Shown in pieces: positions 38,567 through 48,924 of a DNA stretch of 64,000 bases. Position numbers and translations under genes: made by a program. The DNA is from a virus. Under the pieces are notes generated by a model. That model was given only the letters and a program-made list of their open reading frames with translations, did not search any database and had not been told where the DNA came from. Position 1 is the stretch's first letter. Every line of letters starts with the position of its first letter. The stretch is taken from IMG/VR virus record IMGVR_UViG_3300034073_002585, positions 32,001 to 96,000 of that record, one strand, 5' to 3'.

Positions 38567-38815
38567 ATGCTAAACAGACCAGACCAAGAGGCAGAGCTAA
38601 TCTTCGCTATGGTGATGAAGCTAGGCGGAGAGCACAACTACTCAGAGCACACCAAGGCTACGATTTGGGCAGAGTGTAATCGTAACCCTAAGCTACGCAA
38701 CCTAGCGTTGCAGTATCTAGCTGGGTCAAGCAACAGGGCAGACCTAAACCTGCACCGACTACACACCGAAATTGTGGAAGTATTCTTCCCTGAAGTAAAG
38801 GAGTTGATTGGCTAA
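38567..38815 (+). CDS. hypothetical early protein
   Basis: GGGAGGGG RBS. Confidence 0.65.
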   Translation: MLNRPDQEAELIFAMVMKLGGEHNYSEHTKATIWAECNRNPKLRNLALQYLAGSSNRADLNLHRLHTEIVEVFFPEVKELIG

Positions 38816-38957
38816 TGGCTATCACGATTACAGAACTTACGACTTGCTACCAATGCGAGCGACCAATTATGGCACCGAAAGATTCAGTTCACCCGCTATG
38901 CGAAATTTGTGACCAGGGTTTTGACGAGTGGTTCACTAAGCAGTTAGGTATGTTCAA

Positions 38958-39272
38958 GTGATTGAGTTTGAGCAGAAGTATTCAACGCCGAGAGCACAAA
39001 GGCAGTATGAGCTTGAAACTCTAATCAAGCACTATGAAGTTGAGCGTGCCGAGAACATTAGGCGACTATTGTTTTCGATTGGAGTTGGTTTTGCTTATGT
39101 TCTACTTATGGGAGGAGTTATAGGTTATGGAACTTTTGCTGGAGGCTATGCCGTATTAGGTTGGCTGTCAGTAATTACAGTTGGGCTATTCATAGCTGGC
39201 GAGTTTGTGAAAGTCAATGCCGAGCTTAGTCGCCCAAACCTCAACCACCCAGAAAGATTTATACAGAGTTAG
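38958..39272 (+). CDS. membrane protein
   Basis: Two TM helices. Confidence 0.65.
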   Translation: MIEFEQKYSTPRAQRQYELETLIKHYEVERAENIRRLLFSIGVGFAYVLLMGGVIGYGTFAGGYAVLGWLSVITVGLFIAGEFVKVNAELSRPNLNHPERFIQS

Positions 39273-39494
39273 TCCCCCCTAACACCCCCCCACGCCCCCG
39301 CTAGGTTTCTGAACCTTTCCTAGCGGGGGTTTTCTTTTACCTCGAAAGCACCTCGAATTTTTTTGCGGGAGGGTGTATTTATTTTTTGTCTAGTTGTTGC
39401 CGACACGATTGGTAAAAGGATTTGACAAATCTAAATAAGGTGCTAGGCTTATTACATCAGCCAAGGTGGTTGATACAAAGAAAAGGGGTAAAAA

Positions 39495-39791
39495 GTGAAC
39501 AGCAGGACTTACGAGAACATTCAGGGGATTGGAAGCTGGGTAGCTTTCCTAGCTACTGGAGTGGCTTTCCCATTCAGCTTGGAGTATGCGGGATTGATTG
39601 ACGCAATGAGCGCAGACCTATACACCGAGGGTAGGGCGATGATGTTCCTAATCATTGTGGTCAGCATTTCAATTCTGGCAGTAACCCTAGCGGTCAAGGC
39701 TGGACTATCTTGGGCAGAATACAAGTGGTATTACCGCCAAGACCTAGCACAGAAGCTACACCGCCTAGCAGACAGGATTGCCAAGCGATGA
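39495..39791 (+). CDS. membrane protein
   Basis: TTGACA promoter, AAAGGGG RBS, TM helices. Confidence 0.65.
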   Translation: MNSRTYENIQGIGSWVAFLATGVAFPFSLEYAGLIDAMSADLYTEGRAMMFLIIVVSISILAVTLAVKAGLSWAEYKWYYRQDLAQKLHRLADRIAKR

Positions 39792-40108
39792 AGCAACTAG
39801 CCAAGAGGGTTGAACCCTTGGTGCTGGAAGTTCTGGCAGTTGTCGTCTTGCCGAGGATTGCTGGAGCAGTAGCCAAGAGGTTAGCCAAAACTAAATAAGA
39901 AGTGAGGAAGCCCCCGCCAAGTGCGGGGGTTTTTCTTTTGCTTGCCGTTGTGATTTTTGCTGTTGTTGGGTGTATTTATTTTTTGTTCAAACTTTCAACA
40001 CGATTTTGAAATAGATTTGACAACTACTAATCCACCCCCTAGACTGATTACATCAGTTCAGAAGTAGAGCTGATAACCGAAACTAGATAACTACAAAGGG
40101 GAGACGAA

Positions 40109-40474
40109 ATGTCCACAATTACTAAAGCAGTAGCAAAGGCTGAGCAGGCACAGGTTGCCGAAGGCAAAGCCACCAAGCGAATCGTAGATGCGGTCAAGGA
40201 GCTAGTAGAGCTTAGGGCTGAAATCGCAGAGCTTGAGAAGCGTAAGAACTCACTTACCGCAGAGCTAGAGCAGGTGTTCGGTGTAGACAAAGAAGCCAAG
40301 ACTTCAAAGCACACCACACTTACCTACCACGGTGTAGATGTTGTTCGCTACGAATGGCGCAAGCGTAAAGGGATTGACGAGGAGAAACTAGCCAAGGACT
40401 TCCCAGAAGCTTACGAAGCTTGCTACAAGGCAGACAAGACCGTATACGGCTTGATAGTGTCACTGTTCAAGTAA
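40109..40474 (+). CDS. hypothetical early protein (paralog of 32553..32891)
   Basis: TTGACA...TAGACT promoter; AAAGGGG RBS. Confidence 0.75.
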   Translation: MSTITKAVAKAEQAQVAEGKATKRIVDAVKELVELRAEIAELEKRKNSLTAELEQVFGVDKEAKTSKHTTLTYHGVDVVRYEWRKRKGIDEEKLAKDFPEAYEACYKADKTVYGLIVSLFK

Positions 40475-40480
40475 ACCGAA

Positions 40481-40513
40481 AGACCCCTAGTCAGAAATGG
40501 CTAGGGGTTTTTT
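40481..40513 (+). terminator. intrinsic terminator closing the early region
   Basis: CCCCTAG..CTAGGGG stem plus T run; similar terminators near 32900, 33700, 34240, 35500, 35990, 36555, 38400, 39300 and 39910. Confidence 0.8.
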
Positions 40514-41243
40514 CATTTCTGGCACAGTGCCGTAGTTAGTTAGAGGCTATACAAAAAATAAATACAGGTATGCCGTTCGAGTATTCTGCCGTGATTGCTC
40601 ATTGAGTCAGGTGAAGTTGTTATGCCGTAGATGGTTATACCCCCATAGCCCTAACCATTGAGGGGGGTGTAGCTGTCCCCTACAAGCCTTAGAGCCCGTA
40701 GCAGACCCACTCCCCAGACATAAGTAGGGCAAAGTCTCTAACCCACCACCTAAGTCTGTCTGCCGTAAAGCTGATAAATGCCCCTAAGAAGTCATAGAAG
40801 CTCTTTAAAGGGCATTGGCACTCTTATCTATGTCCCAGACAGGTAAAAGCTTTCTAGGAGCAACCTAGACCCTTATAGCTACAACTTATGAACTCACTCT
40901 TATTCGATGTCATAGCTAGACCTTGACTAGAAGCATTAGCTAGTTGTCTAGGCACTCTTTGACAGGTTTTTTCAATACCCCCTAGACAAGACAAGGAGTT
41001 TGTCACGACATTCTTGGCAGGCATACCCCCTAGGGTATGGAAACAATCTGGAAGGCACCATTTCACAACCGCTGCCCTCTCACCCGCCAAAAGCAGTCAA
41101 CGCTAAGGTACTAAATCTTCCGCTACGGACACCCCCTCTTTTTTGAAAAACTACCCCACCCCCCTTTCTAAAATGCCCTAAAAATTTCCAAAAATTTTTT
41201 AAAAAAATAAACGCCCCTATTTTTACCCCTTAAAATAGAATCC

Positions 41244-41741
41244 ATGTCTCGAAGAACAGCACGTGGACAACAGCTTCCTCCTCACGAGGTCGAGCTCTTG
41301 AACACACTAAAAGGCGAGCAGCGCATTGAGCGCGTAGCGGCGTTATTTAACGCGGGATGGTCACTTCAGACCATTGGGGATTCACTACTGCCAAAGCACC
41401 CACGCTCCACTGTACGCTCTTGGGTTCTTCGAGCTAGCGGGCTCAACACACTAGACGCCCCTATTCCAACACCAAAATTAAAAACACCAGAAGGCGGATA
41501 CCAAAAGGTAAAACCCGAGTCTCCAGGAATCCCGCAAGGCGACCTTGAGCAAATCCGCTACCTGGCTCCTCTGGCGAGAACGTACCGTTCACGTATGTCC
41601 TCAACGTCAGCATACGCCGTTGCCAACCAGCGTCTAACCGACCTGTGCAAGCGGCTCCATGAAAATAATGTCTCAGTGCGTGAACTGGCTGAGGCTGCGG
41701 GCGTAACATACCGAGCTATGTACAAGAGGCTCTTCCTCTAG
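41244..41741 (+). CDS. double-HTH DNA-binding protein
   Basis: GWSLQTIG and VSVRELAEAAGVTYRAM; paralogous to 43362..43940. Confidence 0.7.
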   Translation: MSRRTARGQQLPPHEVELLNTLKGEQRIERVAALFNAGWSLQTIGDSLLPKHPRSTVRSWVLRASGLNTLDAPIPTPKLKTPEGGYQKVKPESPGIPQGDLEQIRYLAPLARTYRSRMSSTSAYAVANQRLTDLCKRLHENNVSVRELAEAAGVTYRAMYKRLFL

Positions 41742-41834
41742 CTCCCCGTCAACTTGACAAGTAATAGACGCCCCTATTACCATACCCTCAACAACTAAAT
41801 AAGACCAAGTACTAACGCAAGGAAAGGTAGGTCG

Positions 41835-42515
41835 ATGTTAGCCAACACCAAACACCAAAAAGATAGGATGGTTTTCTCCATCCTCTCGACGCTGCTATTC
41901 ATAACGGCGTCCAGCGCAATCTATACAACCCCATCCGCCAACGCCGTTCAAGAAAAGGCATTGGAGGCAAAACTAATAACGTACACGGTTCCTGCTCCGC
42001 CAGAGAATCTATTCAACACAATCTCCACGCTTGACAGGTTTACAAACAAAATCTCTGAGCTGGAAGAAACGATTCAACAAAGAGAATCAACTATTTACAT
42101 CGTAAAAACCCGTGCCGAGCAAGACCTTGAGGCACTACGGAACACTTACGTTTCCATGGACCAAGCCCTCATCGAGCTGTCCAGTTACGTAGGCGAAACC
42201 CCCTACGGCTTCGGAGACACCCCCGCACGCTGGGACTGCTCTGGCCTAACTCTCTGGTTCTACCAGACTTACCGAGGCATAACCCTCCCACACTCCGCTA
42301 CAGCTCAAAAGCTTGGCGGTACTGAAGTAGGCGCACCTATTCCAGGTGATTTAGTTGCCTTTAGCTACGGTAACCGTTCTGAGGCGTTCCATATCGGCGT
42401 CTACGTTGGCTCAGGTATGTTTATTCACGCAAAGAACCCAAATGCTGATACAGTGCTAGAAACTTTGGATTCTTTTGTAAAAAATAATATTACAGTTGCA
42501 TATATCCGCTACTAG
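41835..42515 (+). CDS. NlpC/P60 peptidoglycan hydrolase
   Basis: TPY.FG...WDCSGL, PGDLV, HIGVYVG, FIHA; N-terminal TM/signal. Confidence 0.9.
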   Translation: MLANTKHQKDRMVFSILSTLLFITASSAIYTTPSANAVQEKALEAKLITYTVPAPPENLFNTISTLDRFTNKISELEETIQQRESTIYIVKTRAEQDLEALRNTYVSMDQALIELSSYVGETPYGFGDTPARWDCSGLTLWFYQTYRGITLPHSATAQKLGGTEVGAPIPGDLVAFSYGNRSEAFHIGVYVGSGMFIHAKNPNADTVLETLDSFVKNNITVAYIRY

Positions 42516-43061
42516 TGCTATGCTAGGAGCATGAATTACGAAAAACTAGTTCCGCTCCTAGCAATGGTGGCTATTACGATTATTATTGCTGCACCAGCAA
42601 TGAAGAGAATCGTTAGCAACATCCTAGAAGCCAGACGTATCCGCCGACACAAGAAAAACCTTCCTGGTCCACTCCTTGGTGTCGTATACCCTCCCCACAA
42701 GACAACCGACAAAGAGACAGACTAACCATGAAGCTATACCTGTTTTTACGTTCCATCATTTGGACCGCCGTTTTTTCAGTACTAGCCGCCGTTCTGACAT
42801 TAATATCGGCGTTTACCGCACCAACCCTAGCTATCCCGCTAGGACTAATCTCCGTTTCCCTAGCAATTCTTTCTCCTAGAAGGAGCGACTACTAATGTTC
42901 GAGCCTTCCTCTGAAGCAATTATTTGGATTCTAGGTATTATTACAACTTTTCTAGCCGTTATTGTTTTGGTTACGGTTATTGCAGTAATATTTACCTTCA
43001 CGGGACCGCCACACGACATTCATGACGTAGAAATTGACGGAACCCCTAAGAAAAGAGATAA

Positions 43062-43346
43062 ATGAAAATGGCCTACACAAAGATAATTTCTGTAAGCACC
43101 TATGACGACTTTAGAGAAATGCTGCCAAGTAGTGGCGTCTTTGATATGACTGACTGCTCCATACAGATTTGGTGCCCGCAGGAGTCAGACACTAAAGAAG
43201 TGGAACGAATGGTTCATTTAGTTGAATCAATGGTTCACGTAACCGATGTTCAAATAGGTTCAAGGATAGAAGATATGGCTGAAGATAAGTACAGCGTAGT
43301 TATCACTGAAATTCAGAACAATATCCGAAATAAATACTTGAGCTAG
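43062..43346 (+). CDS. hypothetical protein
   Basis: ORF, 94 aa. Confidence 0.55.
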   Translation: MKMAYTKIISVSTYDDFREMLPSSGVFDMTDCSIQIWCPQESDTKEVERMVHLVESMVHVTDVQIGSRIEDMAEDKYSVVITEIQNNIRNKYLS

Positions 43347-43361
43347 AGAGTAGGAAAATAA

Positions 43362-43940
43362 ATGACAACCGACGATAAGAAATACATCAAGAAGAATCAG
43401 CAGCTTCCTACAGAGATAAAGCTCGAGTTTGACAAACTCTCTGGGAATAATGCCATGAGAGATATCCTGATTAAGAATCTAGTTGACGCTAACTGGACTT
43501 ACGAGGCAATCTCAAATGCGAGTGGACTCACTAGAGAGCGAGTTCGTCAGATTGCAAATGCTGTAGAGCGTCTGGCAGACGAGTTTCAGTATGACTTAAA
43601 TATTGAAATTCCAGAGCCGCCAGTTAAGCCTGAAAGGCCTAAAGCGCAGTACGTGGAGCCAAGTCCAGAGACTCTCAAGCGCCTACTGGAACTTCAGCCT
43701 TACGCTCAGCTAGTTAGAGCAAATGGACAGAAGTATCGCAAAGAGGCAGAAGAATACACCGCTCTGCTTAACCACGCTCACACGGTTGAGGGAGTTACCC
43801 TCTACCGACTAGCTAAGCGTCTAGGAGTTACCCACGGTGCTCTACGCTTCAGACTTGTACGTTACGGTTACAAGAAACCAGTTACTGCAACCAGTAAGGT
43901 CTACCAACCAATCATCAAAGACAACAGAGTGACGAACTAA
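43362..43940 (+). CDS. double-HTH DNA-binding protein
   Basis: WTYEAISNASGLTRERVRQI (sigma region 4-like) and VTLYRLAKRLGVT. Confidence 0.75.
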   Translation: MTTDDKKYIKKNQQLPTEIKLEFDKLSGNNAMRDILIKNLVDANWTYEAISNASGLTRERVRQIANAVERLADEFQYDLNIEIPEPPVKPERPKAQYVEPSPETLKRLLELQPYAQLVRANGQKYRKEAEEYTALLNHAHTVEGVTLYRLAKRLGVTHGALRFRLVRYGYKKPVTATSKVYQPIIKDNRVTN

Positions 43941-44162
43941 CAATGCAAACAATTGAAGAGCTATATCACAAGGACATTCATCAGGAAAGATTTGCTATGC
44001 TTGTTGCTGCAAGGGTAAACGAAATCCTGTCTGGAACTGCCGCTGTTTTGGAATTTCCAAAGGCTGGTGGCGTGTTTAACACTCCAGAGGAAGAAGTCCT
44101 ACTATTCGCAGATGTAATCGCAAGAGTAGTCTGCGCAAACCTAAACCAAGGAGAGGAAATCG

Positions 44163-46352
44163 TTGAGTAACTACGACGTAAACGACAGCTCTGCTGCCAA
44201 GTGCCCAGTTCCGCATGGAACTGCAGGAGGAGCGTCCGCAGAGATGGGAACAACTAACAATGACTGGTGGCCAAACCAGATTAGTGTTGACCCGCTACTA
44301 AAGGGTAACCCAAAGAGTGACCCGTACGAAGATGACTTCGACTACGTTGAGGAGTTTAACTCCCTGAACTTAGACGAGCTTAAGGCAGACATTGTTGCCT
44401 GCATGAAGGACAGCCAGCCTTGGTGGCCAGCAGATTACGGACACTATGGTCCGCTATTCATTCGCATGGCTTGGCACTCAGCTGGAACCTACCGCGTAAG
44501 CGACGGCCGTGGCGGTGGAGGCGAAGGTCTACAGCGTTTCGCTCCGCTTAACAGCTGGCCAGACAACGTAAACCTAGATAAGGCTCGCCGTCTACTATGG
44601 CCAGTCAAGAAGAAGTACGGCCGCAAGATTAGCTGGGCTGACCTAATGATTCTCGCTGGTAACGTTGCTCTTGAGGACATGGGCTTCCCAACCTTCGGGT
44701 TTGCTGGTGGACGTGCAGACGTCTGGGAGCCAGACAACACTTACTGGGGCAACGAGACCGAGTGGCTAGCCAACAAGCGTTACGAGCCAGGCCGCGAAGC
44801 TGACTCTCTAGAGGACCCGCTAGCTGCTGTACAGATGGGTCTTATCTACGTAAACCCAGAGGGTCCAGATGGCAACCCAGACTTCAAGCTGGCTGCTGCT
44901 GACATTCGCACCACCTTTGCCCGCATGGCCATGAACGACGAGGAGACTGTTGCTCTGATTGCTGGTGGTCACGCCTTCGGTAAGACTCACGGTGCTGGAC
45001 CTGCAGACCAGGTTGGCCCAGAGCCAGAGGCTAACGACAAGCTAGAATCTGTTGGCCTTGGCTGGGAGAACTCTCAGGGCACTGGACATGGCGCTGACAC
45101 AATCTCCTCTGGTCTAGAGGTTACCTGGACTCCTAACCCGACCCGCTGGGACAACGACTACCTACGCCTCATCTACAAGTACGAGTGGGAGCTAGAAGAG
45201 TCTCCTGCTGGTGCAAAACAGTGGCGTCCAGTAAATGACGAAGTATATCCAGAGGACGTGGCTCCACACGCCCACAACGAGGGTGAAATCGTCATCCCTC
45301 GCATGCTGACTACTGACCTTGCTCTCCGCTTCGGAGACGAGGAGTACGACCGCATCAGCCGTAAGTTCCTAGAGGACTTCGACTACTTCACTGACGTCTT
45401 CGCTCGTGCGTGGTTCAAGTTGACCCACCGCGACATGGGACCACGTGCACGCTACCACGGTCCAGAGGTTCCTCAGGAAGTTCTACTGTGGCAGGACCCA
45501 GTTCCATCTAGCGTTGCTCCAACTGTTCTACAGAAGCAAATGACTCGCATCAAGCTAGACGAGGCTGGTCTAACAATTCCAGCACTTGTTCGAGCTGCAT
45601 GGGCGGCTGCATCAACCTACCGCAACACTGACAAGCGCGGTGGAGCGAACGGTGCACGCATCGCTCTAGAGCCACAGCGTAGCTGGCCAATTAACGCTCA
45701 GGTTAATGGCATTATCGACGAGCTAAAGAAGATTCAGCCAGAGTCTGGCATGTCTCTTGCTGACATCATCGTGTTTGCTGGTGGCGACGCAATTGAGCGT
45801 GCTGCAAAGAACGCTGGAGTTCCAGTTGTGGTTGACTTCCTTGGAGGTCGCGGTGACGCAACTCAGGAGCAGACTGACGTTGAGTCCTTCAACCACTTGT
45901 ACCCAGTTGCAGATGCATTTGTTAACTGGAGCCACAAGAAGTATGCAGACTCGCTAGACCGTCTACTAATCGACAAGGCAACCCTTCTAGGGCTGACCCC
46001 TCCAGAGATGGTTGCTCTGTATGGTGGACTACGCGCACTAGGTGTTTCAACCAACGACCACGGCGTACTTACAGACCGTAAGGGCGTCCTCTCTAATGAC
46101 TTCTTTGTCAACATTCTTGACATGGACATCGAGTGGAACCCAGTACTAGATAACCTGTATCAGGGACGCGACCGCAGGACTCAGGAAGTCAAGTGGGTTG
46201 CATCTCGTGCAGACCTAGTATTTGCATCTAACTCAATTCTCCGTGCTTACTCAGAGGTTTACGCTTCTGACGACGGCCTAGAGAAGTTCGTGACTGACTT
46301 TGTCTCTGCATGGACCAAGGTCATGAACAACGACAGGTTCGATGTAAGATAG
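44163..46352 (+). CDS. katG: catalase-peroxidase
   Basis: [11 protein letters not shown] distal triad, [20 protein letters not shown] proximal His, full-length two-domain 729 aa. Confidence 0.97.
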   Translation: MSNYDVNDSSAAKCPVPHGTAGGASAEMGTTNNDWWPNQISVDPLLKGNPKSDPYEDDFDYVEEFNSLNLDELKADIVACMKDSQPWWPADYGHYGPLFIRMAWHSAGTYRVSDGRGGGGEGLQRFAPLNSWPDNVNLDKARRLLWPVKKKYGRKISWADLMILAGNVALEDMGFPTFGFAGGRADVWEPDNTYWGNETEWLANKRYEPGREADSLEDPLAAVQMGLIYVNPEGPDGNPDFKLAAADIRTTFARMAMNDEETVALIAGGHAFGKTHGAGPADQVGPEPEANDKLESVGLGWENSQGTGHGADTISSGLEVTWTPNPTRWDNDYLRLIYKYEWELEESPAGAKQWRPVNDEVYPEDVAPHAHNEGEIVIPRMLTTDLALRFGDEEYDRISRKFLEDFDYFTDVFARAWFKLTHRDMGPRARYHGPEVPQEVLLWQDPVPSSVAPTVLQKQMTRIKLDEAGLTIPALVRAAWAAASTYRNTDKRGGANGARIALEPQRSWPINAQVNGIIDELKKIQPESGMSLADIIVFAGGDAIERAAKNAGVPVVVDFLGGRGDATQEQTDVESFNHLYPVADAFVNWSHKKYADSLDRLLIDKATLLGLTPPEMVALYGGLRALGVSTNDHGVLTDRKGVLSNDFFVNILDMDIEWNPVLDNLYQGRDRRTQEVKWVASRADLVFASNSILRAYSEVYASDDGLEKFVTDFVSAWTKVMNNDRFDVR

Positions 46353-46531
46353 ATTTAGAGGCACGAACGGCTATCGCTATTGCAGTGACAGGTCGTAACT
46401 CTCTAAAAGGCAAACCGCCAACTAACTCGTGCGGGTAGCCTAAGAGGCGCGGGCTTTGGATTGGGAATTCCCGATTGGGCCCGCGTCTTTTCTATTATGT
46501 TAAAATATTTACCCAACCAGTAAGGAGAACC

Positions 46532-47128
46532 TTGCTATCAGAATTAGTAAGAGAAGAGACAAAGGAAGCGCACAACGCTGCCGAACGTAGTCCGTTTATT
46601 GCTGCCCTTATGAAGGGCGAACTACCCTCTGCTGCATACTTTGACTATCTTGGGCAGCTGGCTCCAATATATGAAGCAATAGAGAAATGGGAAGGTAATC
46701 TTCCATTCTTTGACCGACGCCTCGACCGATTCGACAGAATTATTTCCGACCTTGAGTATCACGGCACTGTTCTTATCTTGGATGAAACTGTTGCTTATGC
46801 TAGACATTTACAAGAGATTGTAAAGAATAAGGAACAAATTAAGATTCTTGCTCACCACTATGTTCGCTATCTCGGTGACCTAAGTGGAGGTCAGGCTATT
46901 GGTGCCCTAATTGCGCGTAATCTGTCCATCCCACCGAACTTCCTATCTTTTTACGAGTTTGATGATATTGGTGACCGCGTTCGCTACAAAGAAACTTACA
47001 GAGAAAATTTAGACACGCTAATCTCTGAAGAGAGCTACGAAGAGTTCATTGAAGAGGCAAAGCTTGCTTTCGAATACACCAGAAAAATTTTCTTCGCTTT
47101 AGGCGAAAAGTGGGACACTAATTTCTAA
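46532..47128 (+). CDS. heme oxygenase (biliverdin-producing family)
   Basis: TKEAH..AE proximal His and HYVRYLGDLSGGQ signature; TTG start at 46532 after AAGGAG. Confidence 0.92.
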   Translation: MLSELVREETKEAHNAAERSPFIAALMKGELPSAAYFDYLGQLAPIYEAIEKWEGNLPFFDRRLDRFDRIISDLEYHGTVLILDETVAYARHLQEIVKNKEQIKILAHHYVRYLGDLSGGQAIGALIARNLSIPPNFLSFYEFDDIGDRVRYKETYRENLDTLISEESYEEFIEEAKLAFEYTRKIFFALGEKWDTNF

Positions 47129-47400
47129 ATCTGTGTTACTATATTTCCAACAGCAATCCGACGGGAGAGCTGGAGTATGGCGGAACACCTCCAAAGCCAA
47201 ATGGGGGGGGCAACGCACAGGTGGCTCTTAGCAGAGTGGTTAGCGACCGAACATCTGGTCTGTCCAAAATGGGTACTACAGAACCGCATTGGCTTGACAG
47301 TGGTAGTAAAAGCAACCCTACCTACTCACCATAACACCCTCGTAGAGATACGGGGGTGTTATACTTTTTACAACCCCGCCAGCCTTAAGGGGTTGGCCCT

Positions 47401-47472
47401 TCCTCTCTAGCTCAATGGCAGAGCAACGAGCTGTTAACTCGTCGGTTCGTGGTTCGAATCCACGGAGGGGAG
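47401..47472 (+). tRNA. tRNA-Asn (GTT)
   Basis: Cloverleaf with acceptor TCCTCTC/GAGGGGA, anticodon arm ACGAG-CTGTTAA-CTCGT, GGTTCGAATCC; no encoded CCA. Confidence 0.93.
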
Positions 47473-47496
47473 CAATACAGGTAGAATAGAACTCCT

Positions 47497-48924
47497 ATGG
47501 GTAAAAGCATTATGGAGCAGCTCGCGCAGCTGCCAGAAGAAGAACGCAATGCGATTCTAGCGGGCATGGACCCAGAGTCTCTTGTGTGGGACTGGTCCGT
47601 CTGGGGGCGTCCAGAGCAGTTTGCACCAGAGGGTGATGACTGGAACGTCTGGCTAGTTCTCGCTGGTCGTGGTTTTGGTAAGACCCGTTTAGCTTCCGAG
47701 TGGGTACGTGAGCAAGCTAAATACACCAACGAAGGCCAACGTCGCTTTGCTCTCGTTGCTCGTACCGCAGCTGACGTACGTGACGTTATTGTTGAAGGTG
47801 AATCTGGGATTATTAATATTTCCCCTCCTTCTGAGAAACCACACTACGAGCCTTCGAAGCGTCGTCTGACTTGGCCTAACGGAAATACCGCAACACTCTT
47901 TACCGCGGATGAGCCTGACTCTCTTCGTGGTCCTCAGTTCACCCACGCCTGGGGCGATGAGATTGCAGCTTGGCGTCAGACTCCAGATGCTGCGGGTATG
48001 ACCGCCTTCGACAACCTCCGAGTTGGTACTCGTCTCGGTAGAAATCCAAAGCTTATTTGTACCACTACACCTAAGCGTGTTCCACTTCTTTACAAGCTAA
48101 TTGAAGAGTCAAGAACAGATAAGCCTGGTGGTGCTAAGGTGGTAGTTACCAGAGGTTCTACCTTGGATAACGCTGGTAACTTGTCTCAGGCATATCTGGA
48201 CACAATTACTGGCGTTTACGAGGGCACATCACTAGCTCGTCAGGAGCTTTATGGTGAAATGCTTGACGACGTTGAAGGAGCTCTTTGGAATGAAGAGATG
48301 GTTGAGAGCGCCAGAGAGATGGCTTACCCGCCTATTACTCCGCTTCGTGTTATCGGCGTGGACCCTTCGGTTGCTGAAAATCCCCGTGACGAGTGTGGAA
48401 TTGTGGTATGTGCGTCGACTGCCGACCATGACCTCTATAAGAGAAACGCTTGGGTTCTTGAGGACGCTTCAATTCATGGTTCCCCAGACACCTGGGCCCG
48501 TAGGGTTGTGGAGATGGCTCGTAAGTGGGGTTGTCCCGTTGTTGCCGAGGTTAATCAAGGAGGCGCTTTGGTTAAAAATGCCATCCTCTCGATTGACCCG
48601 ACGGTCAAAGTATTAGAAGTTCACTCCAAATACGGAAAGCAGCTACGTGCAGAGCCAGTAGTGCTTGCTTACGAACAGCAGCGTGTCCACCATGTTGGCT
48701 ACCACACAGACCTAGAGTCTCAGATGTACTCTTGGATTCCAGAAAGTGCATCTAAATCCCCAGACCGCGTCGACGCACTAGTCCACGCACTAACTGCACT
48801 GCTAATTAAGCCGCCTCCAGGATTCTCTGGCGGAAAAATACGTGCCAAGAGCTTTGCTGACCGCAAACTGGGAGTTACAAACCCAAACAACCGACCTGGT
48901 GGAAGAATTTTTAGGGTAAGATAG
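47497..48924 (+). CDS. terminase large subunit
   Basis: AGRGFGKT Walker A, AWGDE Walker B, IGVDP and SPDRVDA nuclease motifs. Confidence 0.95.
   Translation: MGKSIMEQLAQLPEEERNAILAGMDPESLVWDWSVWGRPEQFAPEGDDWNVWLVLAGRGFGKTRLASEWVREQAKYTNEGQRRFALVARTAADVRDVIVEGESGIINISPPSEKPHYEPSKRRLTWPNGNTATLFTADEPDSLRGPQFTHAWGDEIAAWRQTPDAAGMTAFDNLRVGTRLGRNPKLICTTTPKRVPLLYKLIEESRTDKPGGAKVVVTRGSTLDNAGNLSQAYLDTITGVYEGTSLARQELYGEMLDDVEGALWNEEMVESAREMAYPPITPLRVIGVDPSVAENPRDECGIVVCASTADHDLYKRNAWVLEDASIHGSPDTWARRVVEMARKWGCPVVAEVNQGGALVKNAILSIDPTVKVLEVHSKYGKQLRAEPVVLAYEQQRVHHVGYHTDLESQMYSWIPESASKSPDRVDALVHALTALLIKPPPGFSGGKIRAKSFADRKLGVTNPNNRPGGRIFRVR

Larger units (their letters stand above)
27300..40566. repeat. 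16 exact copies of intergenic 16-mer TGTATTTATTTTTTGT
   Basis: Forward starts 27300, 27727, 28430, 32439, 32941, 33760, 34288, 35092, 36049, 36614, 37898, 38463, 39374, 39971; inverted at 35566-35581 and 40551-40566. Confidence 0.95.

Noticed and set aside
27300-40566. Integron attC sites or IS ends as the explanation for the 16-mer
   Set aside because: No GTTRRRY-bounded imperfect palindromes, no integrase or transposase, and no target duplications seen
46400-46445. tmRNA or c-di-GMP-I riboswitch (GGCAAACC, GCCTAA)
   Set aside because: No tRNA-like ends or valid tag reading frame, and the second riboswitch hairpin is missing
47177-47410. 77-aa ORF upstream of the tRNA
   Set aside because: Runs through a terminator and into the tRNA, with no recognisable protein features
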